Below are positions 14,150-29,679 of a stretch of 64,000 bases of DNA, in pieces; positions within the stretch are counted from its first letter, which is position 1, and each line of letters opens with the position of its first letter. The position numbers and the translations under genes are program-made. The notes beneath the pieces are model-generated. The model saw only the letters and a program-made list of their open reading frames with translations, made no database searches and was not told the origin of the DNA. Source of the stretch: the human T2T-CHM13v2.0 reference genome, Homo sapiens; the NCBI RefSeq assembly GCF_009914755.1, contig NC_060930.1; one strand, given 5' to 3'.

Positions 14150-14970
14150 ACTGCTCACCAGGGTTAGGGCGCCTGCTTTCTGACCAGTTTTCCTGCTCTT
14201 CTCTGGTCCTGTTCCTTTTTGATCACTTGCCACACAGCTGTGGGGGTAATCTTCATAAACGTATGCTGATTATGTGACTCCCCTCTTTCAATCTCTTTGC
14301 CCTAAAAACCAAATATAAACTTTCACGCAGTTTCCTTTTCAGGCCCAGGCCCTCCAGACATGTATGCAACTCTCGTCTGCCTTCTATGTTTCCATCCAGC
14401 TGAGCTCCTTTCCAATTCTGACCCTCAGGCTCTTGTCCTTAATACTCTCCACAACCTGTCTCCCTAAACAGGATGGCTTTCTATCTCCCACCTGCAGGAT
14501 GAAGTCCAGTAAAAAGTTTCCTGTGATCTAGCTCCCGCCCACCTCTCCAATCTTCTTCTTGCCAGCCCTGGCCTTGCCACTTGGGCTACACCAGATGAAT
14601 TTTAGTTCCATAAACACAGCAAATTGACTGCTCCTCACCTCAGTGCTGTTGCTCCCATTGCCCCTTACACTCCCGCCTGGTCAACTCCTCCCCATCACTT
14701 TGATGTCACTTCTTGCCATAGCTCCCTGCTTCCCATGGCGATGAACACCCTTTCTGGGCTCCCAGAATACCCAAACAGAGTTCTATCATGGTACTGACCA
14801 GATTTTCTAATACTTCTTTGTGTTTGCATCTGTTCCACTACTTCCTCCCACCCACTAGACAGTAAGTTCACTGAAGATCTTACTGGGGACTTTATCTTAG
14901 TATCTACTCAGCATTTAGTAGAATGCCTAACACACAGAAGAAGGCTCCAAATAAGCTGGTTGATTGGATA
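14150..14970. mobile_element. L2 remnant (others probable near 2.6-2.9, 16.0-16.5, 43.5-44.1, 57.6-59.7, 62.3-63.4 kb)
   Basis: Pyrimidine-rich degenerate sequence with L2 3'-end motifs (CCACTAGACAGTAAG, TAGAATGCCTAACACACAG). Confidence 0.5.
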
Positions 14971-15900
14971 TACGTATTTCAAAATAGAACAAAAACAAGA
15001 AGCTCTTTTCTACCCAAAGAAGGGGAAGGATTCTCCCAATGCTGATTAAAAAAAAAAAATGATCATGTAACTTGAATCAAGGGATCTAGCCTGGAGAGCT
15101 GCCCAATCCAATTGTGCTAGAAATATGCTCTATTTAGGTAAGGTTATTAGCATTTTAAATGAAGCTGCCTATATAATTATCTAGTCTAAACTCTCATGGA
15201 ATGAGCTATATGCAATAAGCAACTTTGGCTACAGAGAGGCAAACAAGAATATTGGCAATGCCATACCAAATGGTGAACAGAGAAAGAGCCCTCAGCTCTA
15301 ATGTGACAGGTAAGCCAGAAGGCTCCCTTAGCTCCTCCATGGTTGTGTAACCCTTTTACAAGATCACTGTAGCCTGTGATGGCAGTAGGAGGCACTGCCA
15401 AACTGAGGGCCCCGAATCTCCCACGGGTAACTTCTATCATCACTAAGAAAATTGAGGGTTTTTTTTAGTCTGGGCTTCTGAACCAGTTCTGCACACCTCT
15501 CCTGCAACTGTCATAGAATAAAGCAGATGGGAGCCATCACCTACTGGACCAGAGGCAGGAGCTCTAAGGTACAAGCCACACAGAGGCACCCAGTGTGCTG
15601 GTACAGTCTGCTAATGCCAATCAAGTCAAGGCAGTGTCTCAGGGGCAAAGGCTAGTGGCTATAGAAATAAAGGATGCAGAAATAAAAGACCAAAGACCAA
15701 CAGCCAAGCCAGTTGCCCAGTGCTTCTGGGCTCCTTTATCTAAAATATCTCCTGAGTTCCTACCCTCAGCCTGGCTCCAATGTTAACTCTCGAGTATCCT
15801 TAGTATCCTTAGGTTCCCTGTTCATCTGTCTGTCTGTCATATCTTTTCTCATATCCTCACCTCTTCTAGAACATGCTCTATATGTCCCACATTCGGCTAT

Positions 15901-16121
15901 TTCTCAGGAGTCAACTCTTGCTCCTTGCAAACTTATGTTTGCTTAACAACTCCATTTACATATGGAAAGTTTTCATCCATAATCAAAGGGACACAGAAGA
16001 CAGCCACAATGTGTGAGAGCTGTTCCTTACATGGTCCTTGCACATCCACAAACCTAACTTTTGCCTTTCGACTCCCACTCATACTTAAACACCAGGCTTA
16101 CTGGCCCTGAGTGACTTGCTG
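15901..16121 (+). repeat. Inverted duplication, arm 1 (~220 bp)
   Basis: Reverse complement of 17168-17389, with about 10 substitutions and 2 small indels by manual alignment. Confidence 0.95.
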
Positions 16122-17167
16122 CTCTTTGAATACACCGTCATACCTGCACACCTTCCTCCTTCACCTTGTCCCTTCTTTTATCTGGATAGAAGCTCTCTGC
16201 CTACTAAACTTATCTTTCCAGGTCTGTGCCAATGCTACTTCCATGTCTGAGACCTTCCTGACCAGCCCCTCCCACTAGGTATAACTAGTTCCCCAGCACA
16301 TCCCTCTATTACAGGCCTCATCACGTCGTATAATCAGGAGTTCACATATTTATTTCCATAACTAGAATGAGATCTCCAAACACAGAGGCATCTTTTTTTC
16401 TTAAGTGGTTTACCAGCCTGATAGCATGATAGCAGGAGAGCAGACAGCTGAGTTCCCACAGAAATGTTCACCTGAACCTAATAAAATGGCAGTTGAATTT
16501 TTATTAGGTGGTACCTTAAAACAGTGATTTGCATTTGCCTTTTTCTTAAAATTAGAGGACAGAAAAAATAATTTATGCAATAGACATTTAGCCTGAAAAC
16601 CAGAGTTTGAGCCTCCATCTCCAAGTAGCTCCTGTGAGCCATTCCAGTCATCTTCCCATTCCTTATGCCATCTTCCCTCAATTAACTAACTCCCCCTTTA
16701 CACTTTCCAACTGGAAACTAGTTTATCAGAAATTTTGATTATCTTTATGTATTAGATTCACAAGATTTAAGATTCAAAAGGTACAGAAAGACATACAGAG
16801 AAAAGTCAATCTCTCTCATCCCTATATCCCAGCCACCTAGTTTTTTTTCTCAAAGGCAAGGAGTAAGTTTCTTGTTACCCCTTCCAGAGATACTCCATGC
16901 ATATTCAAACAAATATATGTATTTACCCCCTCTTTGTTTTCTTTTTAGCAAACAGTAATTAACATTATTATACATACCTTTCTTTTCTTCTTAGAAGTAC
17001 ACATTGTGAACAGTTCCATATTCGTATATAAAACCTCTCTCTTCATTCAGCTGCCTTAAGGATCTGTTAGATGAATGTGACCAGCCTCCTACTGATGGAG
17101 GTTTAGGTTATCATCTTTTGCTATTAGAAATGATGCTGCAATAAATTGAATCCAACCACAGGTCACT

Positions 17168-17389
17168 CAGCAAGTCACTCAGGACCAGTAAGCCTGGTGT
17201 TTAAGTATGGGTGGGAGTTGAAAGGCAAAAGCTAGGTTTGTGGATGTGCCAGGACCACGTAAGGAACAGCTCTCTCATATATTGTGACTGTCTTCTGTGT
17301 CCCTTTGATTATGGATGAAAACTTTCATATGTAAATGGAGTTGTTTAGCAAACATAAGTTTGCAAGGAGCAAGAGTTGACTCCTGAGAA
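17168..17389 (-). repeat. Inverted duplication, arm 2 (~220 bp)
   Basis: Reverse complement begins TTCTCAGGAGTCAACTCTTGCTCCTTGCAAACTTATGTTTGCT, identical to the sequence from 15901. Confidence 0.95.
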
Positions 17390-18549
17390 CTTTTTCACAT
17401 TTCTTATGGCATTGTGAGTAGTCTTTCTAGTCACCTAAGTTCCTAACTTGGACTTACTATGACACCTCCTCTTTCTTGACCTCTACAATCAGGTAGACCA
17501 CTAAGTCTTGCTGATTTTCCTCTTTTAAGCATATAGAGAGAGCTTCTTATGGACTGGTGACACTGAGCCTATTACATATATATCAATTCCTTTATTTCAC
17601 AATGGCCCTATGAAGTAGGTGCTATTATCCCCATTTTCAGAAGAAAGGCACAGAGGGTAAGTAAGTTGCTATAGGCAAAGCTAGTAAGTAGTAGAGCAAG
17701 CACTGCACCCAGATGAGAGCCACATTTCAAGTCCTTAATAGCTCCATGTGGTTAGTAGCTACTATACTGGACAGTGCAGGTCTAGGGCCCTTACTTGTAG
17801 CTTTTTTTGATACACCATCTCTCTAAGCTAAGACAGGGATATTACCATCTTCCTTGTTTTCTTCACTGATTCCAACCAGTCAAAGCACCTAGTCAATGGA
17901 ATTAGGAGTTAGCAGACCAAGATTGGTGTTAGATGGTACTTGGGCAATCAGTCTTTCTAAGCCTCAGTATTTCATCTGTAAAAGGGGGATGAGGATGATG
18001 ACAATAATGCCTAAATCGCAGAACTGATCTGAAATTAGATGATATTAAATGCATGTAAAACATACTGCCTGACACAAAAGTAAGTCTTCAATGGGTATTA
18101 TTATTATCATTACTTAGTATTATGGCTCTTTGCTATATACTATATACTAATTATATTGTAAGAATATATTATAATAATATAATACATACTAATTATATCT
18201 CAAGAATGCTCATTGCCTTAATTATTCAATCTTATTTTTGCCTCAGCACTTAAAACATGAAGCAAATAGTAGATATATATAGACATGGGTAAGGGATGGG
18301 GAACCTTTATTGAATGTCTGTTATATCCAGCCATTTGAGAAACTTCACATATATTCTATCATTAAATTGTCAAGGCAACCCTATCAGGTGCTTATTTATA
18401 ATCCCCATTTCACAGATGAGGAAATGGAGGCCATCAGATGTTAAGTAAATTGCCTAGAATATGATGGATTTGCGGATGAATCGAAGTTTCTCAGACTCCA
18501 CAGTCTGTTTTGAGATTTTATGTGACGATTTCAGAATTAACAGTAACTA

Positions 18550-18738
<189 letters not shown>

Positions 18739-21056
18739 TTAAGGCATTTTGCCAATAGTAATTAAGACTACCTGCTACTAAATCCCTATTTCCTATCAAA
18801 GCTCATCTAGGTAAGTCTACCTACTTGCATGGACCTAAAGATTAAAATTTAGTCACTACTTGGAAGAGCTATAAAGCTTCTTCAGTGAAGACAAAGGATC
18901 ACATATCTTATTCCAGTAATGCAAAAAACATGTTTCTGTGACTTACTTTAGATTAAGATCACCGCAAGTGTGATCACAACTTCCCATTTTAATGCAACCA
19001 AGCACTTTCATTAAAACAAACTAGCTTGTTAAAATCTAAGCTAGGGCATGGGTGTGGTTATATGATAACAGAGTAATTTCTGTCCAATATAAGCCAATTG
19101 AATTAAAGAATACAGTTAATAATATATGGATTTTATGTAGTTCAAAGATCTCAGTAATGTCGAAATACTACTGTGCACAGGCTATTTTAACAGTTAATGG
19201 GATCATGGCAGGAAAACTGCTCTCTGCATTTTGATAATTCTTTCCTTTATTTCTACATTTGGATTATTACAGTAATTTCCACCTTATTATTTTTTGCATC
19301 AACAACTTCCTTTGAGAGTTCATTACTAATATGGCTTAGGCTTTGGGGGATGTAGCTGCCATTAATTTTGTTTTTGTTTGCTACTAGGAAAATCATAATT
19401 GGAAATTTCTAGCAAGATGTATAGATGCACCTATTAAAGAAGCAGTTGGTTTTTATTACAGTTATAGTAAAAGAATGATTGAATGACATATAAGGGAATT
19501 TTCCTAGAATTCTGCTTTAAAAAATATAGCCAACATATTCTAACAGTGTAAGCTATATAAATCATGACTTCATAGTAAAGATAAAAATATCTTAATGTAT
19601 TAAATCCATTATTTTTAAAAAATCACTCCAATTTTTAGACTATCATCTATTCTTTTTGTCTATTTCTCTGTATGCAAACCTGCCTCTCCACTACCTCCTT
19701 CCAAGAAAACCATATCTATCAGCTAGCAAGCTATGGTATCATCAAAGGAATTTTGTGAGTATGGCTGCTGCATAAAGTTGTTGTTTTTTTTAATGTTTAT
19801 CCAGAGTCTTTATTTTTATTCGTATAACCACAAAGGGTTTAAAATGTCCATGTGTTCTAGGCTGAAAACACTGTAGAAGTATTGGAAGGACTGGTGCTCC
19901 CTGATATATTATAGACTGCTTTAACCCATCATACTCCTTCTCTGATATTCTAAGTTTCTAAGTGCTTTAAAGAGACAGTGCCTGGCACAGTGTCTACATT
20001 GACAGGAGTCCAGGATGTCAAATGCAGAAGTTCCAGTCCCTTGCTTAACTTGTTGTTTTTCCTACTTTGTTGGTTCTGTTGTTCACTTGGCTGGCCTCAT
20101 AAAAGAACCTTGTGAAGAGTTCAAGAGAATGCAGCTTCCAGTGGATATATTTGTTGGTTATTTTCCATTCATTTCTGGGAACAAGTCTGTTTTCTACTAA
20201 TTTGATCAAGAAAATACTGTGCTAATGTATTTCTCTAAAGTTAGTAGGGAAAATTTTAGTCGACTCTTATAACTGCATTATGTCTAAGTCATGCTGTCAA
20301 TATACACGGCAGATGCCATAGGCCAACATCATAACTTGATGAATGATGTTTCCACTCCAGTTGAATGGGCAATGAGTCTTTTCTAACTCTTACCTAATCA
20401 TTAGAGTTTTGGAATTATTAAAGAAGCTTGGTCACTTTTCCCTCATCTTCTACAGCAAAGTGAAATAACTGATTGACTTAATTATCCTGATAATTCAGGC
20501 AAAAATACATAATCTTTTTTCCTTATATTAATGTCAGCTCCTTTTCCTACATATGAAAGAAAATTCCATTATATTGGTAACACTCAATTGGCTCTCATAC
20601 CTTCAGTTTTTCATATATTTTGTAACATAAAATAGAAGTTATTTAATGCACCATTTTCTCTAGTCTATTCTTTACTAACACTATATGTGTTATGTTTTTC
20701 ATAAAAATATATCAATTGATATGAACTTAGGACATTGACTTATACGAGTGTAGTAGACTGTACTTCTGTTCAAATTTAATGTGAAATATGCCAAAGATTT
20801 CACATTTAGAGACTAGTTAAAACAATTTCAGGGCTTAAGAAAATGATGTCTTGCAACTTCATTGGGTTAGGAACTACGTGGTGATGATGCTAAGAAACAA
20901 AGCCTCTTGAATTAATGATACAAATAAAATCATTTGTTGATCTGTATAACAAATTCCATTTACTATTTAATTTTGCTCTTCTGTTTAGCTGTTTCCTCCA
21001 ATTAAGAGTGCCTTGGCACTTTTCTTGAGAGAGAGATCTTTCTACATACTGGGTAA

Positions 21057-21371
<315 letters not shown>

Positions 21372-24300
21372 AGAAAGCAATTATTAAAGCAGCCTTCCAC
21401 TAACAGAGAACATACAAAGTTTTCAATTAAGTAAAAGCCATGGCCATATTCAAAATACTCTATAAAATTATCTTTATCTTGCATATGAGATTTGGTCATT
21501 AAAAGTGGAAGGTGATATATTATTCTGGTCCACAAAATGTGTAGAAACTAGTAAACAGGCTCTTACTTTTGCAGTTCATTATCAAGGAGTCCATAGCAAC
21601 AGTGAAAAGTATGCTATATGATATCCAATTGCACAGCACACCTTTCACAGTTTCTTCTCTCTTCATCTATCAGTGAAGGCATATTTTCTCTTTGAGTCCA
21701 TAATCATGCAAATTAACTCCAACTAAAAGCCAAGTCTTATTTCTCCAGATTCAAATCTGAGAGAATTTGGGTAAATGCACAATAGAGAAAATCCTAATTT
21801 CCAAATATTTTCATTTAAGAAACATTTAAACTTTTATTATATGCCAGTCATGGAAAAAATATATTATTTTTCCTTAATATTTACATGAAGTGGGTGCTAT
21901 TACAATCTCTATTCCACACACTCAGAGAGAAAAATCCTTTACCCAAGGTCTCTAACTAGACAGGGCAGAGCTGGAAATTTGATCCAGGTCTGCATAATTC
22001 AAAGCCCCTGCTCTCAACACAGAGTTCCAAGAACCATTTAATAAGACACCCTTTCATTCATTTACAGGGAAGAAGAGTTGGTTTGGGAGAAGGTACACGT
22101 TATCTAATGTGTACATGATAATTTTATACAGTAAACAACTAAAATCTGAAGGAATGATCTGTTGACCAAAGCACTTGCAAGTCATCCTTGCTCCACGGTC
22201 TTCAGCAACAAAGTATGCCAATTAACTATAAGGTATAAATCCTAACTCTGCATTAGTACCTTGTTTGCAGTCACTGGTGCTAATGGCAGTAACTGGCAAA
22301 TAAAACCTAAGTCATTTTTGCCACTATTTTGTAAGTAAGGGAAGGTGTTTTTTTGCTTCATTAGTCAATTGTCAGGAATATAGATGGTAATGACACTTTC
22401 CACAACACCAGTGAGACACGAATAGGGCACCTTCTTTAGGTCTGAATGAGACATGTTTATTAGTAAATGAAAGCTTCAAACATCCATTCCCTACATGGAG
22501 AAATTCAAACACTCAAAATCACCCAACTTCCCACCATGAGCCATGAGGTTTTCTTAGACCAGGGAGAAGAAGACTTTCTGTGGCCCATTCCTAAGTTCCT
22601 GGCTGGAATCAAGGTAGACAAATTATATAAACGTTGTACCATTTGTTGTTCCAACAAATGAGTGACCGTTACCATCTCCTGGTGCCCAATGGATGTAAAA
22701 CTGCATTACTACAGCAATGTGGCTAATAGATATAAAGTTACAGGCCTTCAAATGCTTGATTTAACACATTTTTATTGGGCATACAGTCTGTGCCTAGGAT
22801 TGTGGACATTATATTCCAAGATGTAACATTTTTCTGTGATAGATGACCCCCAAAATATATCCATGCTTCACACCCATGTAAGGGACATGGGTCAGGTCAA
22901 GAAAGCAAGGGAAATGGTTCTCCCCTCCACCCCTCCACCTCGAATACAGCCCACCCTTCTGTCTTCCTTTTCCTAGTTGAAAGAGTAGAATAGGTTATAA
23001 AAACATATAAAGGGAATATATTTAATCATCAGATAGTACTGGGCTGTGTGAATTCTCTTTCTCTACATGCTTTGAGATTTTCTCCCAGGAGAGGTGATGG
23101 GCATTGCTGAGCCATCCTGTAGTTGTCTTTATTGTGTCTAAACCCTTCGGACCATGAACACCTTGAGAGCTGGGAACTATCTTATAGGTCCTCTGCCTGG
23201 CACAGTGCCTGGCACAGAGTAGGTATTCAATACCTGTTTACTAAGTAAATGTTGGTATGCATCAGCAACATGGAAGATCCAACGTAACAGAACAGCTTTT
23301 AACCATGGACAGTTTTTTCTGGCATAAAGCCAGCTGATCATGAGGGCATTAAACCTGAATCTTGGTCTCATACAAACAACCATCTGAAAAAGTGTCCAAA
23401 TGGGAAAATTATATTGAATCCATCAATTATTTACCCCAGGATGTCTTATTTCAGTATCACATAGAAATTATATTGATGGCAAGTGGAAGTTATGGGCACA
23501 GATCAGGTATTTACTTTTTATTCCAATCCTTGTTCAGCCTGAGTACATATTATGAACTGCAAAGTTCAGCCACTTAGCAATGACGTATCAAGAGTCTTTT
23601 GTGACATGCACAACCTTGAATGAATCTTAATTATATGCTGTTGATAGACCTTTAAAGACAATATATGAAATTACTATTATAATGGACTTTTTTTCTTCCC
23701 CTAAATGCACATTATTGTGCATTGATGTTTCCCAAATGGGTTTCTCCACTTGCGAGCGTGTTTCCAAAACTTCTCAAGAGAAGTCACGTGAAAATTCAAC
23801 CACTAGATGGAGTGGCTTTTATAAGCCCTCAGGAATCAATTTGTTATTCTATTTGGTGGACATAGTTCTCGCTTTGGTTGAGCAACTTCTCCTCCTGCTA
23901 CAACATTTTATGTATTTTACAACTGAATTAATTAAAATACAAATAGGAAAATATGTTATGGAGAGTTAAAATGGGTTATTACTACTGCCTATGAAAACTA
24001 AATTTCTAATTACTTTTCTGAGGCAAAAGGGCATTGAGAAAATTTAATATATTGATAAAAATTAATTTTGAATATCAGGAATTCTGCCTCAAGAAAGTAA
24101 TTAAGAATGAGAAAAGGAAAGGAGTTCTACTTAAAACAAATATGTTTAAACCAAGAGATGTTAAAAGTAAGAGGGGTGGTCTCAGGAACCCACAATCAAT
24201 ATTAATAACCAACTCATTCTATTTTGTAAAACATTCAGCTTTCCAATTTCCAAATATGCAATAATCACTACTGGTCCTAACTCTGTGATGAAAAAGAACA

Positions 24301-24979
24301 GAAAATTAATCTCTATTATTGTAGGGACTAAAATGGAATATTTAACAAGAGAAATGAATCTTGCTTCAAATATTCATACAAATTGAGGACACAGTGACTT
24401 TCTAAATAATTCAATTTCCTTCCTATCATTCTCTCACTAAAATAATTTTAAATAAGTTTTTATTATTGCGTAAATCCGGGGTTTCCTTCAGACATTATTT
24501 TAAGAACTAGGTACTTATGTATCACCTACTTTAGTCGAAATGTTTAGGAAATTTTCAGTGTGTGCTAACAATGCAAGACATAAACAGAAAAATATGCTTT
24601 CAAGATGTAAATAATTACATACAAACAGAACTGGAAGAACGAGGTTTCAGTAGCAATGCAAAATATGCTCTGGAAATGTAGTTGTGATTAAGAAGTATGT
24701 ATGCAAATTGGATGCAAGTGCAGAATTTTTATGCCATTGAAACCATGAGGCTGTTCTATTGTATTCATTCCGGATCGAGCCCTTCTTAGCGTTTGTGTGA
24801 TACAATTAAGAATTAAGAGATTCCAGGAACTGAAAAGTGTTCAGAAAAAGTGATGTGAACATATTGAATTAGTAAATAAGACAGGTACCAACGGGCTGAA
24901 AATTATAATATACATCTGAAAGACCAGTCTGAGAAGTTACACAATGGTTTGTAAGTGCATGCAGGGTTAGTCTATAGGT

Positions 24980-25165
24980 CATTGGCTCTCAAAGGGTGGT
25001 CTCCCAACCAGAAGCATCAGCAGCATCTGGGAACTTACGAAAAACACAAATTCTCAGGATCCAGATCAGATCTATGGAAACAAAAACTCTAGGGTTGGGG
25101 TGCATCTCCATTCTTAGCAAGGCCTTTAGGAGGCTCTAGCACATTCTGACGTTTAAGAACCACTG
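24980..25165. mobile_element. MER5A-like hAT-Charlie MITE
   Basis: Degenerate terminal inverted repeats (CATTGGCTCTCAAAG ... GTTTAAGAACCACTG) and typical AGCATCAGCAGCATCTGGGAACTT core. Confidence 0.65.
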
Positions 25166-26537
25166 TGAAAGATTATGGAGACATATGAAAAGGACTAAAT
25201 GAGAAGGGGAAGTAGATTTAACCTTTAAGAAGAACTAAGGTTAGATAAGAAGAAAGAATATTCTGTAAGTATAGGTTTTTAGATCATTGAAACAGATTGC
25301 TACAGGAGCCAGCTCAAGATAAAATAACCTCCCACAGAAGATCTTTATAACTGAGGTATTCCTATTCGGAATAGAATAATGTCATTTAGCCAGAAAATAA
25401 GAATAAAGAGTGGAGAACCTCTCCAGTTTTTTTAGTCTACAATCCAGGGCTTCTCTGGACTTTTTCAGGAAACTTTTTTATGGATTTTGTCCAGCAAAGG
25501 AAAGTGGCTTCAAAATGTAATGTGTACTGATATAATACACAGATATATATTAAGAACTCCACACCATTTTCTCCTAATTCTATTTACAAAGGCTATGCAA
25601 AGCTTTATAGGGTTGCTAAGACATTTCCTTCACCACTACTGTGAAGGAACCCATGATTATTGAGCATAACAAGAAAAAAGTAAAAGTAATTAACATGTCA
25701 GCTTATTTCTTTCAAGCTGGAAATACTTGTTTCTGTTCTTCTTTTCCTCCAAACCATAAAATACTACATCTTAAGAGATGAACCCAGGAAAGAACGAACT
25801 AAAATGAAAATTTTGCTGTAGGCCCAAGTAATATGGATCTACTGCAAATTATTTTACAGAATTACTCTGGTAATTATGCAATTTACACTTTTCATAGTGG
25901 ACCTATTTCAAAAATACCTAAAAGTTACAAATATTTAGAAATATATCCCAAGGCACTTAAATATATGACTCTGGGCAAACTGTTCTCTCTCTTAATTATT
26001 TCGTCAATAAAAATGGATCACAGATTACTCACAATTAGTTACTTTAGCTGAGGACTAAAATAATTCAAAGATTTCTCCTTTTTTGTTTATAAGACATTAG
26101 ATCTCATTTCCAAAAGTAGCTGTGTATCTTCCAAAGTCAAATTCCCACATACGCAGAGACACAAAATTCTTTGGCCAATCTTGCACTTGTTTCAGTTATA
26201 TGTTAAATTGTCTAGCTTTCGTTTTTCACATGCATACTGCCTGCTCACAACTTGTACAAAAGCTAAAGAAAACATTTAGCAAATTCTGGTAGCAATGCAT
26301 TTCAATGAGCTGAAAATTGGATCCATTTAGCCAAACGCCATGGAATAAACCAAAATACTCAGATCATAGTGGCATTAAGTCCCTCATATAAAGAATAAAT
26401 AAATTTGATTAATTTTTAAATATAGCTGAGTTAAAAGCAAACACAAGTGACAAAGGTCTAGTACCTAAATGATCTTTTTTTTTTTAAAGATCAACCATTA
26501 TATTGGTTAACTTGCTATATTAAAAACATCATTTTTA

Positions 26538-27317
<780 letters not shown>

Positions 27318-29448
27318 TGATTCCAATTTTCTTCTCTAAAGTTATGATCTAAAAGAATGAATAAAGAAATGGTGAAGGAAAGAGGGGGACCCTCTCATTT
27401 AAACATAAATTTTGAAAAACATAATTTCCTAATTAATTAAGAATCCAAATAAGAGTGGAAAAATAAGACATTAAGTAGTAAAATATTGTATTTTAGGGCA
27501 AATTTATTTGCCTTTTGTGTTGAGAGAAAAGGCAAACTAAATTCTTGCATTCAAAAAAATGCAAAATGTACTTTTGAAAACATTCAAAAATATAGACTAT
27601 TATGCAATAGCACAATGGGTTAAAAAAGAATTTGCTCAAAAATAATGATTTCCATCTAACCAGTCTCTACATATTCAAAAACAAAAGAAAACAAAGCAAA
27701 GAAAGCAAAACTTTGAAAGCTTTCTTAAAGTGCAGGTGTGAACATTTCTCCAGCTGGGGCTCAAATACAATTCATAGTATTCCCAGAACAACTGCAATGA
27801 CTCTGCCATGCCCATTTGCTCGGGTTTTGGGAGTAAACAATTCTTCCCTCAAAAACCCATACAAACTATGAACCTCGAGAATTCCATGGTGATTAAGTTA
27901 TTAGCTTAACCTGTCCAAGTGAAACTTAAATTAGAGGCTGTCCATTATTAATTCATCTATATGGAAAATACTTCAAATATATGGAAAATATCAATGGAAA
28001 CTAGATCAAGAATATATACATGCAACTAACTGTCCTCTAAACTATTATAAAAAATATACTTTTTTTCATTATGGGGCCTTGTTAAATCAAGAAATATAAT
28101 CCAGGAAAGCTTTTAGTAAATACTTTGATAAGAACTAAAGATAACTACACTACTTTATGTCATGACTTTGACCTCTTATTAGCAATATGTATTAAACATG
28201 CCATGTGAGCAAGTTTGAGATGGAAGTTGCTTGCTCTCACATCAAACAATTTCAAAAGCAGCAAGAGAGGTGACAGCGTCTACTAAAAATCACCCACCTT
28301 ACAAACCTGCCCCCCTAACAAATTTCCTATAGTTTTAACTCACTTGTGGTAACGTTGTAATGTGTTATATATAAAAACTATAACTATCTTAATATGCATT
28401 CTGAGATATGGTAATAACCTTCTGTATTTTCCTCCAACTTGTACAGCCCTAATTTCCAAAAAATAATAAACAACTAAAAGGATTGGCTAAAAAGAAACTG
28501 TCTTAAACCCATCAGTGTTTATGATAAAATTATAATCAAATGTGGTGATGTTCACCCTGGCATACTTGCAAGATTCTTAGAACGCATGGGACTGGCACGG
28601 ATTTCCACCTATCCTGGAAAACAAGAATGGCCTCGTTTCCATTCAAGGTGGATATCTGCTTTAACTCTTCAGTGTCCATCTGCACAGCTGCTTTGAATGC
28701 GGACATTTCCCCAAATTTGTAGTATTTATTTAAAATCAGAATTACATGTTCAAATGTATAAAGGCAACATATTTAAATTTTTATTTCAGTCATGATTTAC
28801 ATCTATAAAAATGTTTATACATGTAAATAAAAGTGTGTTTCTATGTCCAGGTGTCCAAAATTACGCAATATATACTTTGATATTATACATATATTCTGGG
28901 TGAAGTTACTGTTTCTTTTAATCCAGGAAACATTTTGGAGAAATCTGAATTTATAAAGTCAATCCAATCTAATCTAAGAATATACAGAGAATTAAATGCT
29001 TATCAAAGTATTAACTAGCAATTCAGTGGCAAAAAGTTGAATCCCCCAAGTCCCCAAAAGCAGCATTCATGCAGCCATAATATAAAGTTACCATTTCTCT
29101 GAGGATAAGATTAGGAAAGAACTGGAGATTCAGGGAAGAAAACATGAAGTTAAAATTTTGGCAACACAAAGTATATAAACTGATTTTGATTTCCTCTTAT
29201 TCTTTGACTTCTCTACCAGTCTTCAGTATATAAGAGAAAAATCAGCAAAGCAGGCTGCCTCTCAAAATACAGATATGCAGTATGTAAACCTGGCCCTAGC
29301 ACAGTGTTTCAAACAATGTTGGGTCCACATTGTTTTAGAGCCAACAGCAGAATTATAAATAATTTAAACCCAAAGCCTGGTTTCACTCTAACTATTTGTC
29401 AGTTCAATTAGAAAATGATAAATACAAAAATAGAAGAAACAGACTTAC

Positions 29449-29679
29449 ACTGGTGGAGGCATGGCATCCTTTTCAGCAGGGAATGAAAGCTCTCATCTAT
29501 GTTCTTTATGCAACTGAGCTAACATGGAATTTGGTAAGTAAGATGGAGCCTGTCCTTTAGGTTACTGCCTGTTATCATGCTTTAATTGCTTTAATTAGCA
29601 TTTAATTCACTGTATATTCTTAGATTAGACTGGATTAACTTTATAACATAGATCAATTCAGACTTCTCCAAAATATTTC
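29449..29679 (-). other. CNR1: Candidate alternative 5'UTR exon (acceptor uncertain)
   Basis: Donor CCAGT|GTAAGT (GT at 29448-29447) and acceptor ttgcttcttttattccAG|G (AG at 29681-29680). Confidence 0.4.
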
